NCBI GenBank assembly: GCA_950097015.1
Contig: CATNEN010000001.1
Coordinates: forward strand, 26,784,001 to 26,848,000
Source: Macrostomum hystrix
Lineage: Eukaryota > Animalia > Platyhelminthes
DNA: 64,000 bases
Reading direction: 5' to 3'
Positions 10,901-22,900 of this stretch are shown here, piece after piece. Position 1 is the stretch's first letter. Each line of letters begins with the position of its first letter. A program made the translations under genes and the position numbers. The notes under the pieces were generated by a model, which saw only the letters and a list, made by a program, of their open reading frames with translations, was not told the origin of the DNA and did not search any database.

Positions 10901-13900
10901 TCACCTGACACCCGCGTTGTTATTCCATCAGATGCTCCATTTTAAGGCAACTTCTTTCAATTTTCCAATTAGTTAAAAGCGATTTGAAATCAGCCCATAA
11001 AGCTAAAAGCATTAGTAAAGGAAAGAGAAGCAAATTAAAAAATTGGTTACACGCCTGCACGGAAATCTACGATGGGGTAAGATAAATGAAAGCAGAAATT
11101 CACAGATAAGACAGAGACAGAAAGACAGCACATTGGGAGGTGCACACTGGCTTTGACTTTGTGAAACAATTTCCACCTTCAAATCAGTCAAATGGATCGG
11201 CCGTTCATTCCAGCCGGCTGACTGTTCCGACAGGCGTCGATCAAGCCGAAGTTCGCGGCGTCGCTGCCGACGGCGAGTTCTGCGACTCGAGCCGCAGCAG
11301 CCGCTGGAGCAGGAGCCCAGCAAAGATCTCTGCAAACACGCGCGTTGCGTTCTTTGAGAGGCCGCTCAAAAAACAACTGCTCAGCACACACACAACAGAT
11401 CTTCCGGAATTTGTAGACAACTCGAACTAAAGTACATTCCAAGAAAATTCAATATGCTTTTCTGGCTACTTTGAGTACTATGTCTTAGATATCCCCTCTC
11501 TCCCTGACGCTCTTCCCCTCTCTCCTACCGCTCTGCCCTCTCTCCTACCGCTCTGCCCTCTCTCCTACCGCTCTGCCCTCTCTCCCTACCGCTCTGCCCT
11601 CTCTCCCTACCGCTCTGCCCTCTCTCCCTACCGCTCTGCCCTCTCTCCCTACCGCTCTGCCCTTTCTCCCTACCGCTCTGCCCTCTCTCCTACCGCTCTG
11701 CCCTCTCTCCTACCGCTCTGCCCTCTCTCGCTACCGCTCTGCCCTCTCTCGCTACCGCTCTGCCCTCTCTCGCTACCGCTCTGCCCTCTCTCCTACCGCT
11801 CTGCCCTCTCTCCCTGCCGCTCTCTCCCTCTCCTACTGCCGCTCTCCGCTCCGTTCCCCATCTCTCCTCGCCACATTTTTTCCTACCTTATGTTTTTTAA
11901 AGTAAATCACTGCTGCATAAGCACGAGTAACATTGAACAGAGTAGGCATAGGTAAACTTCAGATTCCATTTGTCTTGAAAAAAAAGAAACTGGTAATTAT
12001 GCGTTGTAAAGAAGATATAAAAAGCTGTTAGACAAAAATCTAAACTAGAGGTGCACATTTAGCTCATCATTAGATAGTGAGAAATGTTATTTAAAGGAAA
12101 TCTATACAGTCTTTTCTCAAATTACTACAAGGCCTTAAAGAACAGAACATAAACGATGGAATCTGACAAAAAACGGAATCTGACGAAAAATGGAATCTGA
12201 CGAAGAAGAATAGAATCTAACAAAAATGGAATCTGACGAAAATGGAATCGACAGAAAATGGAATCAGACGAAAATGGAATCTGACGAAAATGGAATCTGA
12301 CGAAAATGGAAACACGATGAAAATTGGAATCTAATAAACGATGGAATCTGACGAAAAACGGAATCTGACGAAAAATGGAATCTGACGAAGAAGAATAGAA
12401 TCTAACGAAAATGGAATCTAACAAAAAAGGAATCTGACGAAGAAGAATGGAATCTAACGAAAATGGAATCTGACGAAGAAGAATGGAATCTAACGAAAAT
12501 GGAATCTGACGAAGAAGAATGGAATCTAACGAAAATGGAATCAGACGAAATGGAAACACGATGAAAATTGGAATCTAATAAACGATGGAATCTGACGAAG
12601 AAGAATGGAATCTAACGAAAACAGTATCGGACGAAAATGGAATATGACGAAAAAATAATCTAATAAACAATGGAATCTGACAAACAATAGAATCTGACGA
12701 AGAAAAATGGAATCTGAAGAACAATGGAATCGAGAGAAAATTCAAAACGGCGAACTCTGGAAATCGATAAACGATAAATCGATAAATTATGTGACCTTGT
12801 GACTTGATAAATTTGTTTTGTGATTTTTCAACACAAAACACATCAAAAATTTTTCGTTTTGATTTGAACTTTTACATTTTTATGGCATTCTACTATGCGA
12901 TGGCACGCCTTCTTAAGCTAAATTTTCATTTCTTATCTAATAGGACTAAATAGAAAAACACGTTGACCCAGATTTTATTGAAAAAAGTAACGCTGACAAG
13001 CACTTAAATTTTAATTGAAGAAATTATTTTCCAAAGGAAAAAAGAGTCAAGAAGTTAAAGAAAAACACGATCGCACAAATGTGATGTGAGCCGCGGCAGC
13101 CTAAAACAATTGGTGACGGATGGGAATTTTCTGATTCCGGTTGAAAATTGTGCGAAACGCTTTCATTGCTACTTAAAGTAGACGAAAGCTGCCATTTTCT
13201 GAACTCAAATTAAATGAAAATTTAGTCTCACATAATTGCTTCCATCCAAAATCCATGGTCTTCTGATTTGAAAATCAAAAATTGAAACAAAAACTGTGCA
13301 GTGGACGCGACAACAGCGATGAGGTAAAACTATGAAATAGTTTTTATTTAAGAAAGGAATAAAAGTGCACTCATGCCCGATATGGAAAGCTGTATATGCA
13401 ATATGCTCTAGAAGATTTAACAAAGGAAAGCCTTAATAAAAAAACTTCCTGAACCCTGCAAACTGTACTACTCACTCAGTAGCCTAACTCAGCTATTGCA
13501 AGCTAAATTATTTGAATCTAAAAAAATCTGACAATACGAGCGTATACTACAGAAAAATTGTTAGATAATGTACGATATAGTCTACATAATATTTATTAGT
13601 TTGGCAGTTTAAAGGCAAACAACATCGATGAAAATATTCTATAGATTTAATATAAAAAAACACAATATAAAACAGAGAAATATTCGAGAGAAACAACTGG
13701 ACAACCATGATCTTCCATGAGAGAAAAACTCAAAGGTACCTTTGCCCGTTTACTGGGCTTGCTTTTAGCAGAAGCAGCGGCGGCCCCTTCAACACTGTCG
13801 CCGCCTGGCTCCGGGGCCAGCTGCTCTTCGCTGTCGGCAGATTTCAAAGGTCGCTTCTAAGGTAGCATAATAAGCGTCATTGTGTATCGGTCATTGTCAA

Positions 13901-16900
13901 CAGGGAGGCAAAGGACCTCTAGAAATAGCACCCGGATGTGAAATCTAGGTAGATTTTAGCAAATTTTGCAATGCAGTTAACACTAGAACTGCCAAGGGGG
14001 GCCAACCTTTTATTGCGCATCTTCTGAAGCAAGAATCAAGTCGCCAGCTCTTCTGACCAGTCGAGATACTCAATGGTTCTGGCCGGCCGAAGGTCGGATT
14101 TTTTTCCATAAGAGCTAGTGTATTTCATACACCCTATACACAAATTAGCACTGCGCCTCAGTGCGGTCTTGCCAGGCCTTCAAAATTTACCAGCATGTCA
14201 CCTGAATGTGCCTGCATCATCTCCGTCTCCGGTGGTCACCTACCTTTATCTAGACGGACTGCTGGACCTTCAAGGGCTACAACAGGTGGAACTAGGCCAC
14301 TATGGACACCCAGACGCGAATTTCTCCAATTTCACAGATCAAGCCTAAATATTAGGCGCAGCTCAACCACAGGACACCATCGCCTAGTCTGTCAACCAAT
14401 CAGTCACCACCCAAGGCTGTTAGCATTCGGGCGCTGCCAAAAACATTCCCCCTTGGTATAAAAACGGGCGGCAAAACGGCTTGGTAGTCCTACTGTTAAC
14501 AGCTCAGTAAACAATGCAGTCTGTTTCTAGAGGTCCTTTATTAAATCAAAGAACAATTGAACAAATTGTCCCGGAGCATAACGAAAATAAAAGTTAACAT
14601 CAAACAAAAGGATTTTGTATTTTGGAAAGAAACAGATTCAGGGATTTAAACAATCTTTAGCCAAGCACCCAAGATAGGACAAATAAAGCAGTTGTGAGTC
14701 GTAGATAGGCAGAAAGAGAGCACTAAAATTAACTCACCTTCTCTTTATTGTTAAAGTTGGCGGTCAGGTTCATGAAGGTGAGATTGCAGTTGGCTGGATG
14801 ATTCCACAGCCGATTGTCGGGTGTCTGCGGTGAGAGATGGATAGGGGGCAATGATTGATCGCAATGGCCCAACGATGACAGCTCGTAGACAAGCGATGGA
14901 TAGAGCACGTGAAGATTCTCACCTTGTAGTGCAGCTCCTTGCCAGTCTTATTAACTAGCCAGTAGGTGCTGAATACCGTGAAGTTCTTTGTGGACTGCTT
15001 GTCCAGCAGGCGAATAGAAAGCAGCTGAAATTGGGGTTGTGTGAGGCAATGGATTGCTGGAATCGTTGAAGATGCAGCGCGTGCACATTGTGGATTGGAA
15101 CTGATATGCAGCGGGTGTACATTGTGGATTGGAACTGATAAGCAGCGGGTGTACATTGTGGATTGGAACTGATAAGCAGCGGATGTACATTGTGGAGTGG
15201 AACTGATAATCAGCGGGTGTACATTGTGGAGTGGAACTGAAAATCAGCGGGAGTACATTTTGGAGTGGGTCTGATAATCAGCGGGTGTACATTGTGGATT
15301 GGAACTGATAAGCAGCGGATGTACATTGTGAAGTGGAACTGATAAACAGTGGATGTACATTGCATAGTGGACTGGTTGGAACTGATAAGGATGGGTGTAC
15401 ATTGTATAGAGGACGGTTGGAACTGATAAGAAGCGAGTGCACATTGTGGAGAGGGTTGGGCTACTCACCATCTCGGGTTTATCGTAGACACCCATCGGGC
15501 TGTCGAAGGTGATGCCGTAGATTTGGTCGTCCGGCCTGTCGGCAGTTTTCGACAGGTGCAAAAGAGCGTGCCAATCACGATGCATGTAGTCATTTAGCTG
15601 GAATGGAGAGAATACACAGGACAGCAGGTGTGGGGATGTTTAAAAAAGGATATATAAAAAAATAAAATTAGCAGATTAGCAGAAACACTCAACTTACCAG
15701 AAGGTTAACATAAGGATTGTTGCCTATTGGAACATGGTAAAGATCAAGCAGGTCACCGCGCTCAATCGTTTTAGTGTCATCATCGCCCTGAAAGCATGAG
15801 GAAAAAACATTTATTCGCGTTGTATATAGAATTAGAATAGTGCTATCTCACACCTGACAGAACTCAACTGACAGAATCTCACAGCTGACAGAAACTCACA
15901 GCTGACAGAATCTCACAGCTGACAGAATCTCACAGCTGACAGAATCTCACAGCTGACAGAATCTCACAGCTGACAGAAACTCACAGCTGACAGAAACTCA
16001 CAGCTGACAGAACATCAACTGACAGAATCTCACAGCTGACAGAAACTCACAGCTGACAGAATCTCACAGCTGACACAATCTCACAGCTGACAGAATCTCA
16101 CAGCTGACAGAATCTCACAGCTGACAGAATCTCACAGCTGACAGAATCTCACAGCTGACAGAAACTCACAGCTGACAGAATCTCACAGCTGACAGAATCT
16201 CACAACTGACAGAATCTCAACTGTCAGAATCTCACAACTGACAGAATCTCAACTGACAGAATCTCACACCTGACAGAATCTCAACTGACAGAATCTCACA
16301 CCTGATAGAATCTCAACTGTCAGAATCTCACAACTGACAGAATCTCACACCTGACAGAATCTCAACTTTCAGAATCTCACAACTGACAGAATCTCAACTG
16401 TCAGAATCTCACAACTGACAGAATCTCAACTGTCAGAATCTCACAACTGACAGAATCTCAACTGACAGAATCGCACAACTGACAGAATCTCAACTGACAG
16501 AATCTCAACTGACAGAATCGCACAACTGACAGAATCTCGACTGACAGAATCTCACAGTTGACTTACAGGCAACCGACACTGCAAGTTCATAGGAAGCTGG
16601 TTGACAAGGCTGTAGCTGGGCACAATGGTTAGCAGGTAGTCGCGGGCAGTCTTGGTCTCGAGCTCGCTCTCGAGGTAGACGTACTTGACCCGCACAGACA
16701 CATTGACGGCGGTCACCAGGTCCGGATGGCCGGGAAGCGGGAACGTCAGCGAGTGCGCGGCCTCTACATACCAGTCGATAGGCTGGGCTGGCTGGTTGTT
16801 GCAGCTGAAGTACAGCTGGCCGCGAGCCTCGGCAGCCTGGCAGAGCGGCAAATGACAGGTGTTTCCCGTGTTCCCGGAGTTCGCAGATGAAGTTTCACTT

Positions 16901-19900
16901 TCGTTGACCGGCTGCAGCTCGGAGGACCAAGCCACTGAGCCGTCCGGAGCTCTGGTGCTGACGGATATTGGCAGGCTGGTCTCATTGCGCAGGCTGACAT
17001 TGGAGCGAATGTCCAGAGTCTTGCAGCCCAGGTAGCAGCGGGCCTGCGACACCAGCAGGATGGGGCAGCCAGACGGATCCGGGTAGCTCGGCAGCGGCAC
17101 GGTGAAGGCGCGTGTCTCGGAGCCGTGGAAGATAGCCTGGCGGGCCATTGACAGGCGGGGCAGTCGGTAGCCGATGCGGACAGGGTCGGCTTCGTACTCC
17201 TGCAGCTCTCTGACGGAGCTGCGGGCCACCATGTGGGAGCTCTCGTCCAGGCGGAGCTTGTCGCCTGGCTGAAGATGAATTTCGCCAGGCGGCGAAGTTG
17301 GCGCCTCCATGCCGGACAGGTTGCCGCTTTTGGCGTTGACGCTGCGGGCGCGGTCGGAAAACTGATCGGACAGGCAGACCAGCAGAGGCTCGCCGAGGCA
17401 GTTCTTGATGACGAAGGCGGCGTCCGCTTCTTTGCGCTGACGGGAGCCCAGGTTGTAGGCGTCGTTGAACTCCTGCGGACGGCCGCAGAGCGGGAGAATC
17501 GGGAGGTTCAGGTTGCTGGGAGCAGGCGACCAGAATTCGGGATTTGAGTTTTCGGGAAAAGGCCAAAAAAAGATTTTCAGGGTGTGGGAATATGAAGAAC
17601 TGGAGTTTCAGGGTGTGGGATTCTAAAGAACTGGAGTTTCGGGGTGTGGGATTCTAAAGAACTGGAGTTTCAGGGTGTGGGATTCTAAAGAACTGGAGTT
17701 TCGGGGTGTGGGATTCTAAAGAACTGGAGTTTCGGGGTGTGGGATTCCGAAGAACTGTAGTTTCAGGGTATGGGATTCTGAAGAACTGGAGTTTCGGGGT
17801 GTGGGATTCTGAAGAACTGTAGTTACAGGGTGTGGGATTTCGATAAATTCAGTTGCATGGCGTGTCGTAGCTAAAAATATTACATTTTAGGTTTTTTAAA
17901 CCAAATTATAGTTGGTATTTTTAACACGCTACTAAAAGTAGGACATTTAAAATCGTATTAATTAAAATGTCATCTCACCTGGCTGAGAGTGTTGAGCATA
18001 GTCAGGCTAGTGCGGGTCAGGGTGAATTCCAACGGATCCACTGAGGTCACTGACAGCACAGTCTTGGGCGTGATGACGGGCGCCTCCATGTCAGGATCAA
18101 CGAGGATAAAATCCTCATTCTGGATGAACTGGAGGATGAATATTGGGCAGATTCGGAGGTTAAATCACAAGAGAAATTAGCCAGTTTAGAGAACAAATCG
18201 GGTAATATCCAAGGCACTCCTATAATAGCAGCCAATTCTAAAAGGCAATCGATAATACACCTGGCGCATTCATAGCTAACAAGAAACTGGCAAAAACGCC
18301 GACCCGCGAGGCGCCAGCAGCGGTTAGAATGGAAGAATAATAGGGCCAGGCTTAGGGGGAAGAAGAAGAAAAGTAGAAAGTTCATTAAAGCAGACTAATG
18401 AAGCTGGCCTGCTTTTTTGGTGCAGTTTTTTAAGCGACTTTTCTTGGGGTAGTGGAAAGCAACAACCGGCAATTGGGAAATTGCTAAGAACAATTATTAG
18501 CAGACCCCAGAACAATGGGGAGGAGCTGAAGTAGCTGCTGCTGCTGCTGCCAAATTGTAGAAAATGGCGGTCCCAATTTTCTAAGAAACAGTTCAGACTG
18601 GCGATTCAGCAGGCAATACAGCGAAAATGATGAAGCTGGTGAATTTATAAATAATGAGAGCTCCGGGGGCGGGGGCGAAAGTGGCGTTGCCGGCCAGTCC
18701 TCAATTGGAGCTAATTTGAGCAAAATCGGCACCAAATTCCAACAAGCTGCGGCTTTTTTTACGCTGGCAGGGCAGGGGGCGATTTTATAACAAAAACTTT
18801 AACAAGTCACCTGACAAGAATCCCGTTAAATTCTATGTGCAGAAATAAGAGTAAGAAATTTCCACCCGAACACGAAAAACAAGAATGATTTTGAAGGTGC
18901 ACAGGCAGAAGAAAATTTAGTTAATTTTATTTTCAACACCGGGCAGTGCCATCTACTCGTATATATGACCAGTCGACTGACTATATTTACAGATACATTG
19001 ACTTCATCATAGTTGATAAACTCACTGAACTCAACTAAGGGATTATGAGCAGCTAGAATAGGAAAGAGTAAGGAAAAAACTGCTTTTAATTTGCTATATT
19101 CTAATCTCCACTTAATTTTTCACTTAAAAAATTACCTCAAAAATTAAAGTGAAATTTTAAATAATTTTCACTCCCTATCTAACTTGTCTCTTTATACCTC
19201 ACTCTCACCTTTCTCCCACCCCTCAACTCTCACCTTTCTCCCACCCCTCACTCTCACCTTTCTCCCACCCCTCAACTCTCACCTTTCTCCCACCCCTCAC
19301 TCTCACCTTTCTCCCACCCTCACTCTCACCTTTCTCCCACCCCTCACTCTCACCTTTCTCCCACCCCTCACTCTCACCTTTCTCCCACCCCTCACTCTCA
19401 CCTTTCTCCAACCCCTCACTCTCACCTTTCTCCAACCCCTCACTCTCACCTTTCTCCCACCCCTCAACTCTCACCTTTCTCCCACCCCTCACTCTCACCT
19501 TTCTCCCACCCTCACTCTCACCTTTCTCCCACCCCTCACTCTCACCTTTCTCCCACCCCTCACTCTCACCTTTCTCCCACCCCTCACTCTCACCTTTCTC
19601 CCACCCCTCAACTCTCACCTTTCTCCCACCCCTCACTCTCACCTTTCTCCCACCCTCACTCTCACCTTTCTCCCACCCCTCACTCTCACCTTTCTCCCAC
19701 CCCTCACTCTCACCTTTCTCCAACCCCTCACTCTCACCTTTCTCCAACCCCTCACTCTCACCTTTCTCCAACCCCTCACTCTCACCTTTCTCCCACCCCT
19801 CACTCTCACCTTTCTCCCACCCCTCACTCTCACCTTTCTCCCACCCTCACTCTCACCTTTCTCCGACCCCTCACTCTCACCTTTCTCCCACCCTCACTCT

Positions 19901-22900
19901 CACCTTTCTCCCACCCCTCACTCTCACCTTTCTCCAACCCCTCAACTCTCACCTTTCTCCAACCCCTCAATCTCACAATATCTCTTTCACTTACTCTTCT
20001 CCACTTTCCTCTCCCCCTCACTTTCACCTTCCCTCATACCCCTCACCTTTACCGCTCCTTAAAATGTCTCTCACTCCTTATCGATCCCGAGTAACAGAGT
20101 GACAGGATAAAGCTAAAATTGCAAGCCTTAATAGGAATGCAAATTAGCAATCAAAAGGCACACAAAGCCGCTGCAATTCTTGGCTAATGATTTCCGCCTC
20201 AGCCCGCAGTTCCAGGCTTTATCCCCACCGGGAAAACACGCAGACAAGCCGGCAAGTGTTTCATGGTAATTCGGTTACAAAATCGAGACAGCGTGGGCTC
20301 AAAGAAATGTTAACAAGATGAAAAGCAATGACAGATAATTGAGTTACAGAGCAAAGGCCGGTCTTTACCTGGAACACGAGCTGAAACGGCCTTGGCGGCT
20401 GCAGATCTACCGGTTCCAGGAATGGCTCCCAATAGTCGTGAGCCTCGTTATAGTAGGCCATCTCCGTGTCAATAGTGAGAGTAAGCTCGGACTGCCGGGT
20501 GGGATTTGCGAGTTGGATGTTAGAATGCAGGTAGAAATCTGGAGCTGAGAATACAGGTAGATAATGAGAGATAGAGACAAGAATTTAGGTAGATAATGAG
20601 AGCTAGAGATAAGAATACAGGTAGATAATGAGAGCTAGAGATAAGAATACAGGCAGATAATGAGAGCTTGAGATAAAAATACAGGTAGATAATGAGAGCT
20701 AGAGATAAGAATACAGGCAGATAATGAGAGCTAGAGATAAGAATACAGGTAGATAATGAAAGCTAGAGATAAGAATACAGACAGATAATGAGAGCTAGAG
20801 ATAAGAATACAGACAGATAATGAGAGCTTGAGATAAAAATACAGGTAGATAATGAGAGCTTGAGATAAGAATACAGGTAGATAATGAGAGCTAGAGATAA
20901 GAATACAGGCAGATAATGAGAGCTAGAGATAAGAATACAGGTAGATAATGAGAGCTAGAGATAAGAATACAGACAGATAATGAGAGCTAGAGATAAGAAT
21001 ACAGGTAGATAATGAGAGCTTGAGATAAAAATACAGGTAGATAATGAGAGCTAGAGATAAGAATACAGGTAGATAATGAGAGATAGATATGAGAATACAG
21101 GTAGATAGCAGAGGTAGAGATGAGAATACAGGTAGATAGCAGAGGTAGAGATGAGAATACAGGTAGATAGCAGAGGTAGAGATGAGAATACAGGTAGATA
21201 GCAGAGGTAGAGATGAGAATACAGGTAGATAGCAGAGGTAGAGATGAGAATACAGGTAGATAGCAGAGGTAGAGATGAGTAATAAGGTAGATAATGGCAG
21301 GTGAAGATGTGGCAGGAAAAAGATAAGCAGGTGTATAACAGTCAAGCAGAAATCTAGTTCACAGTTGAGCAGTGCTCACATTAGCTGACCAGTTAGTCAT
21401 GGTACCAGTGACCTTGCTCTCCAGAATGAGCATAGGCACAGTCTTCGGTCCAACTTCGATGTTGAAGATGAGTTTGATCTGCGACACTGTCACTTGCATC
21501 TGATAATGAAGATGGAAGATAAATAAAAAGATTAAAAAATTACTTCAAAAATGCACGCAGAATAAACAAAAAAACACAAAACGATAGCCTGTCAAGTATC
21601 AAAATGTTTGTTCTGTCGGTCAATAAAACAAACTCGGCTAACAGCAAACTGGAAGACGAGATGCTCATTGATTTATAACTGCATCAGGCAAGCACCACAT
21701 ATGCATAAATGAATGCTAGAAGTGGTGTGTTTGGTAACAAAACACCAGCCAAAGTCTGCATTCAAGAGAAAGTAGCCAAATCTCACCTCAATTCTCATTC
21801 AGTCACTCTTCAAGGTGTGTGAGTGAGTGTGTGTGTGTGTGAGTGTGTGTGTGTGTGTGAGTGTGTGAGTGTGTGTGTGTGTGAGTGAGTGTTTGTTCAG
21901 CTTTAATAGAAGAATAACAGAAATGCAGTCTGCATAGGTATGTGTGTGTGTGTGCGTGAGTGCAGCTAAACACTGAATATTGATTGCGAACAAAACTGTT
22001 CAACTAAGTCGATGATGAACTCACAGACCATTGCTCAGAGGATGATGGACTAATGAAGCTGAGTAGAGCAGAATTGAACAGCAGAAACATCCTGGGTGTG
22101 ACCCTTTAATAAAAGTTTACAAGAAGAGGCCAGTGTGTGTGTGTGTGTGTGTGTGTGCTGTGAGCTGAAGTCAAACTGATTTCAAGTCTGATAATGAAGG
22201 CAGCAGCAGGACACAATGTCATTAGTCGCCAAGGCAAGCAATGGGCCCTGTGCGTTAGTGAGTCCAAGTTTTTTTCTCCATTCTCTATTTTTTTGTTACT
22301 TAATAACAAAGAAATCAATGTGAGATTTAGAAATTCTTCAACAAACAAGCTCTGGTCTGACTAATATTTCAATACAGTTTTCTTTATTCATATTGGATGC
22401 GTAAATATGTTTTAAAACTTTTCTTCATCAATAAAATTAATCGATTGATTGGGCTAAGACTGCGGGTGTTTCTTCTGTTTCAAGCTTAATGAGAAGGTCG
22501 AAGACTGTGCTGGGTGCCTGGCTTCTGACAGCAAGAACTGAACTCAAGGACTTGACTAACTTTACATGCATAGCAACACATGAACTGATATAGGATTTAT
22601 AGATGTACTGAAGGACTGATTGGTGTACTGAAGAATTGATAGATGTACTGAAGAATTGATAGATGTACTGAAGAATTGATATATGTACTGAAGAATTGAT
22701 ATATGTACTGAAGAATTGATAGATGTACTGAAGGATTGATAGATGTACTGAAGGATTGATAGATGTACTGAAGGATTGATAGATGTACTGAAGGATTGAT
22801 AGATGTACTGAAGGACTGATAGATGTACTGAAGGATTGATAGATGTACTGAAGGACTGGTAGATGTACTGAAGAATTGATAGATGTACTGAAGGACTGAT

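Noticed and set aside
12155-12740. Similarity to human GGAAT satellite II/III
   Set aside because: The unit is a 16-20-bp local minisatellite; the resemblance is superficial.
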